DNA of 64,000 nucleotides from an uncultured Actinomycetota bacterium (GTDB lineage Bacteria > Actinomycetota > Thermoleophilia > Gaiellales > Gaiellaceae), in contig OY969809.1 in NCBI GenBank assembly GCA_963703255.1, positions 11,332 through 75,331 on the forward strand, written 5' to 3'. The notes below the pieces were generated by a model, which saw only the letters and a list, made by a program, of their open reading frames with translations, was not told where the DNA came from and ran no database searches. Each line of letters opens with the position of its first letter. Position 1 is the first letter of the stretch. A program made the translations under genes and the position numbers. Below, one piece after another: positions 20,234 to 29,482 of the stretch.

Positions 20234-20992
20234 GTGTGGCTCGCTCGGCTCAAGAGCTCGAATTTCAACCACCGAGATCTGAAGGATTTCGATAGGACGG
20301 TGCTTGCGCGTGCGCGCTCAGTTGTGGCAATGGTGGAGGTCTTCGAGGGCCTCGACGACCCCGAGGTGGTCGGGGTGCGTCACGACGTCGACGACGGCCG
20401 GAACGCGCTCGAGACAGCAGTCCGGCTCGCCCTCTGGGAGGCGCGGCACGGCTACCGCTCCACGTACTTCATGCTCCACACGGCGCGCTACTGGCAAGGC
20501 CGTGGGTTCCCGCACGCACTCGATCAGATTGCCGGGCTCGGCCATGAGATCGGCATCCATGCGAACGCGATCGCTGAAGCGCTTCGAGTTGGGGGCGACC
20601 CGGCAGAGATCCTGGACGGCGCGCTCGAGCAGTTGCGTGTCTGGGGCCACGAGGTCATCGGGGTCGCTCCCCACGGCGACTCCGTCTGCCGCGACAAGTC
20701 GGGCCGGCTCGTGTTCGTGAACGACGAGATGTTCAGCGAGTGCGCGCGCCCCGAGTTGGGCTCGCCCGACCGCGAGCTTCGGAGCGGGCACCGAGTGCTA
20801 CGGCTCGCGCCCCGGCCGCTCGCCGAGTTCGGGCTCGCGTACGAGACCTACCGGCTCCCGCACGGCCGCTACCTTTCGGACAGCGGCGGCCGCTGGAACG
20901 TTCCGCCGGCGTCGGTCGCGACCGGGGACGGGCAGTTGCACGTTCTGCAGCACCCGGACTGGTGGGCGAGGGCGTTCAGGTTCAGGAGGTGA
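20234..20992 (+). CDS. polysaccharide deacetylase-like (CE4-related) protein
   Basis: ORF 20234..20992. VRHDVDD and GHEIGIHAN resemble divergent polysaccharide deacetylases. The start is uncertain (internal M at ~20330). Confidence 0.6.
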   Translation: MWLARLKSSNFNHRDLKDFDRTVLARARSVVAMVEVFEGLDDPEVVGVRHDVDDGRNALETAVRLALWEARHGYRSTYFMLHTARYWQGRGFPHALDQIAGLGHEIGIHANAIAEALRVGGDPAEILDGALEQLRVWGHEVIGVAPHGDSVCRDKSGRLVFVNDEMFSECARPELGSPDRELRSGHRVLRLAPRPLAEFGLAYETYRLPHGRYLSDSGGRWNVPPASVATGDGQLHVLQHPDWWARAFRFRR

Positions 20993-21134
20993 CACCGATG
21001 AACCTGAACGGATGGCGCTCGTCACGGGCGGTTTGATGGTCATCGCATTCGGCCATCGCTGCCGCTACGCACTCTCTCCCGCGGCCGCCAACGCCGCTTC
21101 GCTCATCTAGACGCAGGATCCGGGGAGCCCAGTC

Positions 21135-22010
21135 ATGGCCGAAGACGCCGCAATCGACCTCGTCGTTCCGACCATCGGGCGGACTCTCGAGCTCGAGCGC
21201 TTCCTCGAGTCGGTCGTAGCGCAGACCTGGCAAGGGAGGACGCGGGTCATCCTCGTCGACCAGAACACCGACGACCGGCTCGGCCCGATCGTCGATGCGT
21301 ACCGCGATCGCCTCACGCTCCTCCGCGTCCGTTCCGAGCCGGGTACGAGTCACGCCTGCAACGTGGGTTTTCGGCACTGCACCGCAGAGATCGTCGGGCG
21401 CGCGGACGACGACTGCCGGTATCCGCCCTCCGTGCTCGAGCAGGTCGCAGGAGCGTTCGCGGAGCACGCCGACTGGGACGCCCTCTCCGGCATGTCCTGC
21501 GACGAGTCGGGACGACCGACCCAGCTCCCGTGGGATCGAACGGCCGGCGTCGTCACCCGCGAGAACGTGTTTCGGCGTGCGATCGCCTTCACGCTGTTCA
21601 TGCGGCGCTCGCTCATCGACTCGCTGGGCGATTGGGACGAGACGTTCGGTCCTCGGCCGGGCCCGGACGGGACGACCGGCGGGGCATCGGAGGAGAGCGA
21701 GTACCTGCTCCGGGCGATCGCGTCCGGCTTCATCGTCGGCTACGAGCCGGCCATTCGGATCTACCACGACGACTTCACGCCCTCTTTCCGTGACCGTAAA
21801 GCGATGCGCAAGGCGTACTCCTACGGCGTCGACCACAGCCGGCTCTTGAAGCAGTACGGGTTTCCCCTCTGGTACGTGACCTGGCGATCGGTCCTACTGG
21901 TCGCCGTCTCGGGCCTTTTCCTCGCCAGGGGCATACCGGGAAGGGCGCGTTTCTACGCTGCGATGGCGAGGGGCCGGCTTCGCGGCATGCTCCGCCGCCG
22001 CGAGCGCTGA
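21135..22010 (+). CDS. GT2-family glycosyltransferase
   Basis: ORF 21135..22010. LVVPTIGR...ILVDQN...ADDD pattern of GT-A/GT2 enzymes. Confidence 0.85.
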   Translation: MAEDAAIDLVVPTIGRTLELERFLESVVAQTWQGRTRVILVDQNTDDRLGPIVDAYRDRLTLLRVRSEPGTSHACNVGFRHCTAEIVGRADDDCRYPPSVLEQVAGAFAEHADWDALSGMSCDESGRPTQLPWDRTAGVVTRENVFRRAIAFTLFMRRSLIDSLGDWDETFGPRPGPDGTTGGASEESEYLLRAIASGFIVGYEPAIRIYHDDFTPSFRDRKAMRKAYSYGVDHSRLLKQYGFPLWYVTWRSVLLVAVSGLFLARGIPGRARFYAAMARGRLRGMLRRRER

Positions 22011-22090
22011 TTCGCCCGCGGTCGGTGGCGGCGGCGAGGGACGGCCTATTTCGCGATGGCTCGGGCGCGCTGGGCTGACAACGCCCGACC

Positions 22091-23227
22091 TCACGACGCG
22101 TACACGGCGAGAACGGTTGCGAGGGACCGCTCGAGTGAGAGCTCCTCGCGGTGCTCCGCGAACCACGTCACCGTCGAGGCGCGCAGAGCCGCGCCGCCCT
22201 TGTGGACCCGGAGGATCGCGGCGGCGAGGTCGGCCGGTGAGGCGGAGGCGGCGACCGTGCCGTTGACACCCTCCTCGACGAGCTCGACCGCGGCGTTATC
22301 CGGACCGGCCACGACGACGCTCGGTGTGCCGACTGCGCACGCCTCCAGGACGACGAGCCCGTAGCCCTCCCGGCGAGAGGGAAGCACGAGGCAGAGCGCT
22401 CGCCGAATCGATTCGTCCACGTGCGCGGCCGAGACGAAGCCGGGAACCGCAACGGCCTCGGCGAGGCCGAGCGCGGCGACGGCAGTGAGTACCTCACTCC
22501 GTTCGGGCCCGTCGCCGAGGATCTCGGCCCGAAGGGAGGGAAGTTGGGCTCGGGCGAGTGAGATCGCCGGCACGAGGGCAGGGACGCGCTTCTCCGGGAT
22601 GTGCCGTCCGGCATAGACGACACAGGGCGGCTCCGCAACCTCACCCACGCGGCCGGGGCTACCGTCGTAGAGCCCGCGGAGGGTGGTCACCCCGGACCGG
22701 TATCCCTCTTCACGCAGCCGTCGCTCCTGGAGCCCGGAGAAGCAGAGCGCCCGTTGCGGGACGCGCAAGCAAAGCCGCTGGACGCGCCAGCCGACGTCAC
22801 CTGCGCGTCCGAGATATTCGCGCCAGTACGAGCGTGTCCAGATCTCGAACCAGTCGACGACGATCCGGTAGCGGCGGAAGGGGCGCATGGCTCCGGCCGC
22901 GAGCAGCGAGAAGTACGGGAACGACGCGGTTTCGACAACGTCGTAGCGGCCGCCGTGCCGAGCGAGGTGCAACAGCACACCGAGGCCGAATCGCAACGGC
23001 GGCACGATCCTTCGCCGACCCCCGGTGTACAGGTCCATTCGCGGGCCCACGGCGATCACCGTCACTCCGGGCACCCCGGCATCCTCTCCGGCCGGCCATT
23101 GCCGAAGGGTCAGGTAGTCGACCTGATGTCCGGCCGCGGCCAGGCGCTCCGCAAGGTTCCGGTACCAGCGCTCGAGACCTCCGACCGTATGCGGGTATAG
23201 GCAGTCGTAGACGAGGCAGATCCGCAC
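22091..23227 (-). CDS. GT4-family glycosyltransferase
   Basis: ORF 22091..23227. MRICLVYDCLYPHTVGGLERW N-terminus and EGYGLVVLEACAVGTPSVV C-terminal motif. Confidence 0.85.
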   Translation of the reverse strand: MRICLVYDCLYPHTVGGLERWYRNLAERLAAAGHQVDYLTLRQWPAGEDAGVPGVTVIAVGPRMDLYTGGRRRIVPPLRFGLGVLLHLARHGGRYDVVETASFPYFSLLAAGAMRPFRRYRIVVDWFEIWTRSYWREYLGRAGDVGWRVQRLCLRVPQRALCFSGLQERRLREEGYRSGVTTLRGLYDGSPGRVGEVAEPPCVVYAGRHIPEKRVPALVPAISLARAQLPSLRAEILGDGPERSEVLTAVAALGLAEAVAVPGFVSAAHVDESIRRALCLVLPSRREGYGLVVLEACAVGTPSVVVAGPDNAAVELVEEGVNGTVAASASPADLAAAILRVHKGGAALRASTVTWFAEHREELSLERSLATVLAVYAS

Positions 23228-23296
23228 GTGACGATGGAGCCTAGTCTGAGGCCTCCGTCAGGAGACGCACAGAGCGGAAGCGACCCGACGAAGCCG

Positions 23297-23794
23297 TCAG
23301 GCAGCGCCGGCGCGGCGAGCCCCGCGAGCGGGGAGCCGCAGCACGACCTTGCCCGCCGGGACCCGGGCGCGCTCGTCGGCGAGCGCGAGGGCCGAGGTGG
23401 GGTCGCTCGCCTCGCCTGGAAGCGAGACACACCCGAGCGACACGCGCACCGCGAGCGCCTCGCATTCCAGGTCGAGCTCCGTGCGGATCGCGTCGAGAAG
23501 ATCGTCCGAGGGCGAGACCGTCCCGTCGATGAATGCGCAGAGCTCGGTCGACCGGGTGCGGTAGACGCTGCCGTTGTCGCCGACGAGGTCGGCGAGCCGG
23601 TCTCGCAGATGCGCGACGAGCACCTCGATCTCGGCAGTCGAGAATGTCGTCCGCTGCTCGCCCGGGTGCGGCAGGCCGAGCACGAGCAGCGCGCAGGCCG
23701 GGCTGGTCGGATCGGTCGCCTCGTCGAGGTCGATCAGGAGGCGAGCGCGGTCGAAGATCTCGGCGGAGCCTGTGGTGTCGGTGGCGTTGGTCAC
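23297..23794 (-). CDS. possible degenerate GGDEF-like domain protein (165 aa)
   Basis: Tail of ORF 23297..24133 from GTG 23794. The layout resembles a GGDEF domain (ALLVLGL...VLVAHLRDRL...VYRTRSTELCAFIDG...LALADERA) but lacks the GG[DE]EF signature. Tentative. Confidence 0.4.
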   Translation of the reverse strand: MTNATDTTGSAEIFDRARLLIDLDEATDPTSPACALLVLGLPHPGEQRTTFSTAEIEVLVAHLRDRLADLVGDNGSVYRTRSTELCAFIDGTVSPSDDLLDAIRTELDLECEALAVRVSLGCVSLPGEASDPTSALALADERARVPAGKVVLRLPARGARRAGAA

Positions 23795-23919
23795 ACACGC
23801 ACGAAAGCGCGGCCGGCATTTGTCGCCAATAACCCCAAAGGGTGAAGTCGATCCCTCGCGCGAGGGACTTGAGAAGCTTCTCCTCGATCGATGTGACCTC
23901 GAAGTCGAGTGAGCTCTAA

Positions 23920-24165
23920 AGAGCTCGAACCAACATGACCGTCGTCCCTGGTGCCCTGGGATCGTCCTCAAGCTCGGGACACCGGCGCTTCGCGCCCCTG
24001 TCCCGAGCTTTTGGCGACCTGGATCCCGCTCTCGAGCGGGATCCAGGGCTTCGCGGGTGAAACGGCCGGCTCTCGGACAGGCAACCAGCCTGGCCTGCGA
24101 GCCGGCCGTTGCACCCACTCGCTCCCAGAGCACCAGGAAGCGACGCTCGTGTTGGTTCGAGCTCT
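23920..24165. repeat. 246-bp nested inverted-repeat module folding as a cloverleaf (structured RNA or MITE-like element)
   Basis: 16-bp perfect terminal inverted repeats AGAGCTCGAACCAACA (23920-35) / TGTTGGTTCGAGCTCT (24150-65). Second helix 23947-60 / 24124-37 (13 of 14). Three internal hairpins: 23970-81/23999-24010 (12 bp), 24018-30/24035-47 (13 bp), 24061-72/24099-24110 (12 bp, extended by 24055-59/24112-16). Confidence 0.85.
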
Positions 24166-24201
24166 AAGACGATCTTCAGGCGGATCGCCTACGCTGTGGC
24201 A

Positions 24202-24723
24202 ATGCGCGCCCCAGCAATCCGGCTCGGGCTCGCCGCAAGCCTCGTGGTCGCCGGCGTCCTGCTCGGCGCCGGAGGTGTCTCGGCGGCCACGGTCCACTGG
24301 AACGAGACGGCGAAGAACGGGACCGCCCCGGTCATGGGCTTCACGGTCGGCTCGCTGACGTTCACGAGCAACGGTTGGAGCGCTCAGGTCTCGTTCAAGA
24401 ACCTCAGCACGAAGACGATCGAGATCGGCAACAACTTCGGCGCCGCGATCTTCTCCGATCACACGAGCACCGACCTCAACCGGACAGTCGGCTTCGCGCT
24501 CGCCCAGACCTTCTCGCCGGCACGGCCGACGAAGCTGGCGCCTGGCGCCTCATGGACCGGGAAGATCGGCGGGACGGGCCACCTGAATGCGAGCAGCGCG
24601 GTTCGCTATGCCCGCGTCGTCTTCGGGCCTCTGGTCGGGATGCCCGGACAGAGCAAGCCGGTCTTCTGGGTCACGGACCACTGGCTGCCGCTCGTGCCGC
24701 CGCCGAACCCGCTTTCCGCCTAG
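24202..24723 (+). CDS. secreted hypothetical protein
   Basis: ORF 24109..24723, ATG at 24202. Signal peptide MRAPAIRLGLAASLVVAGVLLGAGGVSAA, beta-rich mature part. No family recognised. Confidence 0.65.
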   Translation: MRAPAIRLGLAASLVVAGVLLGAGGVSAATVHWNETAKNGTAPVMGFTVGSLTFTSNGWSAQVSFKNLSTKTIEIGNNFGAAIFSDHTSTDLNRTVGFALAQTFSPARPTKLAPGASWTGKIGGTGHLNASSAVRYARVVFGPLVGMPGQSKPVFWVTDHWLPLVPPPNPLSA

Positions 24724-24759
24724 CTTCCGGGCGCCGCGACCGTCAGGCGGCACATAGCG

Positions 24760-26643
24760 TCACGCGGCGACCAGGGTGCGGGCGCGGGCGAGCCGTACCG
24801 CCTGCGTCAGCGACTCGACGTCGTAGGCGCCGTGATGGCGGAGCCCGTTGACGAAGAAGCTCGGCGTTCCCGAGACGCCGCTCAGATCGGCGCTGTCCAC
24901 GTCCTCGGCCACGCGGGCCGCGCCGGCATGGCGGCGGAGGTCCTCGGTGAAGCGCTCGACATCGAGCCCGAGCGCACGTGCGTGCGCGACGAGGTCGGGC
25001 GGGCGGAGTGCGTCCTGATGGGTGATCAGGCGGTCGTGCATCTCCCAGAACTTCCCCTGCTCGGCGGCGGCCTCGGTCGCCTCGGCGGCAAGCTGTGCAT
25101 GCGGGTGCACGTCATTCAGGGGCAGGTGGCGCCAGACGTAGCACAGATCGCCGAAGTCGGACAGGAGCGTGCGGATCACGCTCTCGGCCTGGCCGCAGAA
25201 CGGGCACTCGAGGTCGCCGTACTCGACGAGCGTGACCGGCGCCTCCGAAGGGCCCCGGATGTGGTCGCGCTCCGGGTCGACCGGGTCGGCGAGATCGATG
25301 ATCGCCTCGGCGGTTCCGAGCAGCGCCCTGACCTTGAGCGGGGTCGGCAGCCGCGAGGCCACGCGGAAGAGGCCCCAGGTCGCCACCGATGCGCACACGG
25401 CTGCGCTGAGGAGCCCGAGCTTCGCCTCGGCGAGCTCCTTGCCGTGGAAGGCGAGGCTTGCGATCAGGAGCGAGACCGTGAACCCGATCCCGGCGATCAG
25501 GCCGCCACCTGCGACGGCGGCCCAGCCGACGGGCGGCCGCAGCTTGCCGCGGCTCAGCTTCGTGATCAGCGCCGAGGCGCCGACGATGCCGATCGGCTTG
25601 CCCGCCAGGTAGCCGAAGAGCACGCCGAGTGTGACCGGCGAGGTGTAGGCGTCGGAGAGGAAGCTGCCGTTGATCGAGATTCCCGCGTTCGCGACCGCGA
25701 AAAGCGGCACGATCGCGTAGCTCGTCCACGGATGGAAGAGCTGCTGGAGCCGCTCGTTGGGGGAGATCGCCGCCTGCAGGCCGACCGAGGCACTGCGGGC
25801 GAGCTCGGGGGTCGGCTGCTCGCGGAAGAGGCGGAAGAGGTCGCTCGCATGCTCGAGATCGACGCGTGCGGCGGGGGAAGCGAAGATCGCGAGGCCGGTC
25901 ACGAGCCCCACGACGATCGGATCGATCCCCGACTTCATCATCGCCACCCAGGCGACGATCGCGATCGTGAGCTGCACGACACGGCCGCGAGCGCCCGCGA
26001 AAGCCGTGAGCACGGCGAGCAGCAGCAACCCGACTGCGGCGGCGAGGTACCACCACGAGAGGTCGTGCGAGTAGAAGATCGCGATCACGACGAGCGCGAC
26101 CACGTCGTCGACCACCGAGAAGGTGAGCATGAACGCGCGCAGCCGGTCCGGGAAGCGCGGCCCGACGAGCGCCAGCATGCCGAGCGCGAAGGCCGTGTCG
26201 GTGGACATGGCGGTGCCGAACCCGTGAGCGGCCGGGGTGCCGGCGTTGAAGCTCAGGAAGATCGCGATCGGGACGAGCATCCCTCCGAGCCCCGCCGCGA
26301 CCGGCAGCGCCAGCCGGCGGCGCTCCCGCAGCTCGCCCATATCGAACTCGCGGCGCGCCTCGAGCCCGACCACGAAGAAGAAGAGGCTCATCAGGCCCGA
26401 GTTGATCCAGAACTGCAGGGGCCTGGTGATTCCCCAGTGCCCGACCCGGATCGCGAGGGTCGTATGCCAGGTCCGCTCGTAGGAGCCGGCGCCGATGTTC
26501 GCCCAGAGCAGGGCGACGAGGGTGGCAGCCAGGAGGATCGTCGCGCTCGCGGTCTCGGTCCGGAGGAACATGCGAAGCGGGGTCTCGAGGTTGCGTCCCC
26601 ACGCGGTCCTGCCCGAGAACCCTCCGGTGCGCGATTCGCTCAT
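24760..26643 (-). CDS. nhaA: Na+/H+ antiporter NhaA fused to a C-terminal DsbA-like thioredoxin domain
   Basis: ORF 24760..26724, ATG at 26643. NhaA signature ([13 protein letters not shown], 11-12 TM) followed by a thioredoxin fold with CPFC ([11 protein letters not shown]). Confidence 0.85.
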   Translation of the reverse strand: MSESRTGGFSGRTAWGRNLETPLRMFLRTETASATILLAATLVALLWANIGAGSYERTWHTTLAIRVGHWGITRPLQFWINSGLMSLFFFVVGLEARREFDMGELRERRRLALPVAAGLGGMLVPIAIFLSFNAGTPAAHGFGTAMSTDTAFALGMLALVGPRFPDRLRAFMLTFSVVDDVVALVVIAIFYSHDLSWWYLAAAVGLLLLAVLTAFAGARGRVVQLTIAIVAWVAMMKSGIDPIVVGLVTGLAIFASPAARVDLEHASDLFRLFREQPTPELARSASVGLQAAISPNERLQQLFHPWTSYAIVPLFAVANAGISINGSFLSDAYTSPVTLGVLFGYLAGKPIGIVGASALITKLSRGKLRPPVGWAAVAGGGLIAGIGFTVSLLIASLAFHGKELAEAKLGLLSAAVCASVATWGLFRVASRLPTPLKVRALLGTAEAIIDLADPVDPERDHIRGPSEAPVTLVEYGDLECPFCGQAESVIRTLLSDFGDLCYVWRHLPLNDVHPHAQLAAEATEAAAEQGKFWEMHDRLITHQDALRPPDLVAHARALGLDVERFTEDLRRHAGAARVAEDVDSADLSGVSGTPSFFVNGLRHHGAYDVESLTQAVRLARARTLVAA

Positions 26644-26777
26644 CGGGCGATTGTGGCTGTTGGCGAATCCCGGGCGACGGCTTCCGTCGCGAGCGGGCAC
26701 ACTGCCGCCGCCTGAAGACCGCACCCGAGGTCGCCCGGACCCGACGCCGACCGGGATCCCGCGGCGACCGGCAGGCG

Positions 26778-28079
26778 TTACGGCGTGGGGAGGAGCGAGC
26801 TCTTCGGGACGATCACTGCCGCGACCGTGGGCTTGCCTCCGTCGATCTTGTAGATCGTGACGGCGCCCGAGACGATGTCTCCGTCGCCGTCGAAGGAGAC
26901 CGGCCCGACGAGGCTGTGCCGGATCTGAACCTTGAGGAGCTGCGAGGAGACTCCGGACCGCGTGCCGTCGGAGGCGGCGATCGCCTTCAGCGCCACCGTC
27001 GCCGCCTGGGCCGCATACACCAGGTACGGATCGATCGCGCTCCCGCCGTTCCCTGCGGCGAACGCCTTCAGGAACGCCTGTCCGGGCGGGGGGAGCTGCG
27101 CCGAGGGGACACCGGCGACCGAGACGTACATCCCGTTTGCCTTTCCCGCCGATTGGACGACGTCCGCGGCGACGGGCGTGAACCCGTCGGGAGCGATCAG
27201 CGTCACGGTCGGAGCTGCGGTCCTCACCGCCTCGATCAGCCTTCCGGTGTTGCCGGAAACGAGACCACCGAAGAAGACAGCCTGGGCGCCGGAGGCCTTG
27301 ATCTGGGCCGCGAGCGCATCGTAGGTGCTCGCACTCGGATCCCAGGCGGCGTTCTTGACGATCGCGATCCCGAGCTTCTTCGCCGCGAAAGCCATGTCTG
27401 CGGCGATACCCGCGCCGTAGGCCTCCTTGTCGTTCAGGACGAAGAGCTTGCCGATCTTGAGGCGGGCGGCCAGTGTGGCGTCGGCGGCCGCCTGCACGTC
27501 GTTGGCCGCAATCACGCGAGCAAAGCTCCTGGCGCCCGTCGGGTAGTACGTCCCGGGCTCGCCGGCAGCGGCGCCGGGCCCGGAGTGGGTGAGACCGACG
27601 TAGGTCGTCGCAGGGCTGACCATCGCGAGGGGGCCTCTGGCGGCCCGGTTCTCGTCCGGGAGCTCGACCTCCGCGCAGCCGGAGTTCACCGGGCCGATCA
27701 CCGCGACGACGCTCGGATCGGCTCCGTAGGCCTTGGCGTTCGACTCGCAGGTCGTCGAGTCCCAGTGCCCGGCCTTCGAGGTGGAGTCGTCACAGCTCTG
27801 GTAGGCGATCGTGTAGCCGCCCGCCTTCCACGACGTCTTCTCGAGGACGAGCGCGATCGCCGCGCTCATCTGCTGGGCTTGACCCGCCTCCGCGCCGTGG
27901 AGCGGCAGGTCGGAGGTGACGAGCAGGTCGCCGTCCGGGTTCTGGACGGGGCCGCAGCGCGCTCCGGCCACCGGCGAGGCGCCGGTCGAGGCGGCTCCGG
28001 CGTCCAGGGCCGCGAGCAGGCCGGCCAGGAGGCACAGCATCGTCCCGACGGCTGCGCCCGAGTAGAGGCGCTTCTTCAC
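26778..28079 (-). CDS. ABC transporter substrate-binding protein (branched-chain amino acid/Peripla_BP_6 type)
   Basis: ORF 26778..28163. GTG at 28079 gives the signal peptide [25 protein letters not shown] (alternative ATG 28139). LivJ-like pattern. No permease or ATPase genes are adjacent. Confidence 0.8.
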   Translation of the reverse strand: MKKRLYSGAAVGTMLCLLAGLLAALDAGAASTGASPVAGARCGPVQNPDGDLLVTSDLPLHGAEAGQAQQMSAAIALVLEKTSWKAGGYTIAYQSCDDSTSKAGHWDSTTCESNAKAYGADPSVVAVIGPVNSGCAEVELPDENRAARGPLAMVSPATTYVGLTHSGPGAAAGEPGTYYPTGARSFARVIAANDVQAAADATLAARLKIGKLFVLNDKEAYGAGIAADMAFAAKKLGIAIVKNAAWDPSASTYDALAAQIKASGAQAVFFGGLVSGNTGRLIEAVRTAAPTVTLIAPDGFTPVAADVVQSAGKANGMYVSVAGVPSAQLPPPGQAFLKAFAAGNGGSAIDPYLVYAAQAATVALKAIAASDGTRSGVSSQLLKVQIRHSLVGPVSFDGDGDIVSGAVTIYKIDGGKPTVAAVIVPKSSLLPTP

Positions 28080-28162
28080 AGGCTTCGAGCTCCGGGAGCG
28101 ATCTCCAGAGGATACGGCCCGCGCCCCCCGGAGCTCCATGTGCCCTCGCGCAGGCGTGAGCA

Positions 28163-29419
28163 TTGCCGTTCAGTGCGTTCGCTAGGGTGGCCGAGGTGAC
28201 GCCTGAGCCCCCGGATCAGGAAGCGGCGGGCGAGCAGACGGGAGAACTGAGCGACGAGCTCGCCTCGCTCTCGGCCGCTGGGGACGAGCCTCAGGCCGAC
28301 CCCTGGCCGCAGTACGAGGGCGCGGCCGTTGCCGGCCCGGTGGGCCGGGCACCCGACAGGACGGCCCCGGGGATCCCCGGCCAGGAACTCGAGGAGGAGC
28401 CGGCCGGGCTCGGGCTCTCGCCGTTCGCGATCGTCCTGCTCCTCGCCGCCCTCGTAGTCGTGACGTTCGGCGGCATCCTGGTCGGCCGGGCCGTCCAGCC
28501 GTCGTCGACCGCCGCGACGACCGTGACGACGACCCCCGTAGCCGTCACGACCGCGCCGAAACCGAAGCCGGTCGCGCACGAGCCTCGTCCGGCGATCACA
28601 CGGTTCGGCCCGCTTCGGGTCACGGTGATCGGCCACTTCACGCCTGCCGTTCGCGCGTCCGCCGCGATCGTGGGCTCGAAGCTCGTCGTCGCGGGCGGGG
28701 TGGGGAGCGCACGCGTGCTTGCCGGGCCGGTCGCCGGCCGGCTCGCGCAGATCGGCACGCTCTCGTCCGGGCGCGCCGACCCGGCGGTCTTCGCTCTCGG
28801 CGGAAGCGTCTACATCCTGGGAGGCGAGCAGGGCAAGCTCCCGACCGACCAGGTCGTCCGGATCGACCCGCGGACGGGGAGGTCGTCGTCCGCCGGGACG
28901 TTCGAGGAGCCGCTGGCCGAGGCCGCCGCGGCGGTGAAGGCCGGCGTCGTCTACATCGTCGGCGGCTGGACAGGGCAGAAGTACGCGACCGCGGTGCTGC
29001 GTTACACGCCCGGAGCGGCGCCGACCCTGGTCGCGCGGCTCCCGCAAGGGCTCCGCGCGCCTGCGGTCGCGATCGTCGGGAACACGCTCCTCGTCGCCGG
29101 AGGGCTGACCCAGCAGGGCCTCTCGCGGCAGATCTACGGCGTCGATCTCGCCTCCGGCGGGGTGAAGGCGCTCGGAGCGCTGCCCCAGGGACTCGAGCGC
29201 GGCACCCTGCTTCACGCAGGGGCGAAGCTCTACCTCATCGGCGGCTCCACTGCGACCGGGAGCCCGCTGGCGGGTGTGGTCAGCATCGACCCCGCGACCG
29301 GCCGGGCGGAGCCCGTCGGGACGCTCCCGAAGCCGATGAGCGGAGCCGTCGCGGTGCGCGACGGCGCGGGCGCGCTGCTCGTCGACCCGGCCGACGGCCT
29401 GGTCTACCGGGTCGGCTAG
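28163..29419 (+). CDS. membrane-anchored Kelch-repeat (beta-propeller) protein
   Basis: ORF 28163..29419. Acidic N-terminus, one TM (FAIVLLLAALVVVTFGGILVG), then repeated VAGG/ILGG/IVGG/LIGG Kelch-like blades. The start is uncertain (GTG 28187 or 28196 are possible). Confidence 0.7.
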   Translation: MPFSAFARVAEVTPEPPDQEAAGEQTGELSDELASLSAAGDEPQADPWPQYEGAAVAGPVGRAPDRTAPGIPGQELEEEPAGLGLSPFAIVLLLAALVVVTFGGILVGRAVQPSSTAATTVTTTPVAVTTAPKPKPVAHEPRPAITRFGPLRVTVIGHFTPAVRASAAIVGSKLVVAGGVGSARVLAGPVAGRLAQIGTLSSGRADPAVFALGGSVYILGGEQGKLPTDQVVRIDPRTGRSSSAGTFEEPLAEAAAAVKAGVVYIVGGWTGQKYATAVLRYTPGAAPTLVARLPQGLRAPAVAIVGNTLLVAGGLTQQGLSRQIYGVDLASGGVKALGALPQGLERGTLLHAGAKLYLIGGSTATGSPLAGVVSIDPATGRAEPVGTLPKPMSGAVAVRDGAGALLVDPADGLVYRVG

Positions 29420-29482
29420 CCTGGTCAGGGGTGCGGCTTCGCGTTGGGATGACCGGCGCGTGCGCGCCGTGCAATTCCGAAC

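Noticed and set aside
23920-24165. Retron msr/msd, IS200/IS605 omega/reRNA or group I/II intron as the identity of the nested inverted-repeat element.
   Set aside because: There is no reverse transcriptase, TnpB/IscB, transposase or intron-encoded protein nearby. The helices are too perfect and lack the conserved cores I know for introns. It is kept as an unassigned element in the findings.
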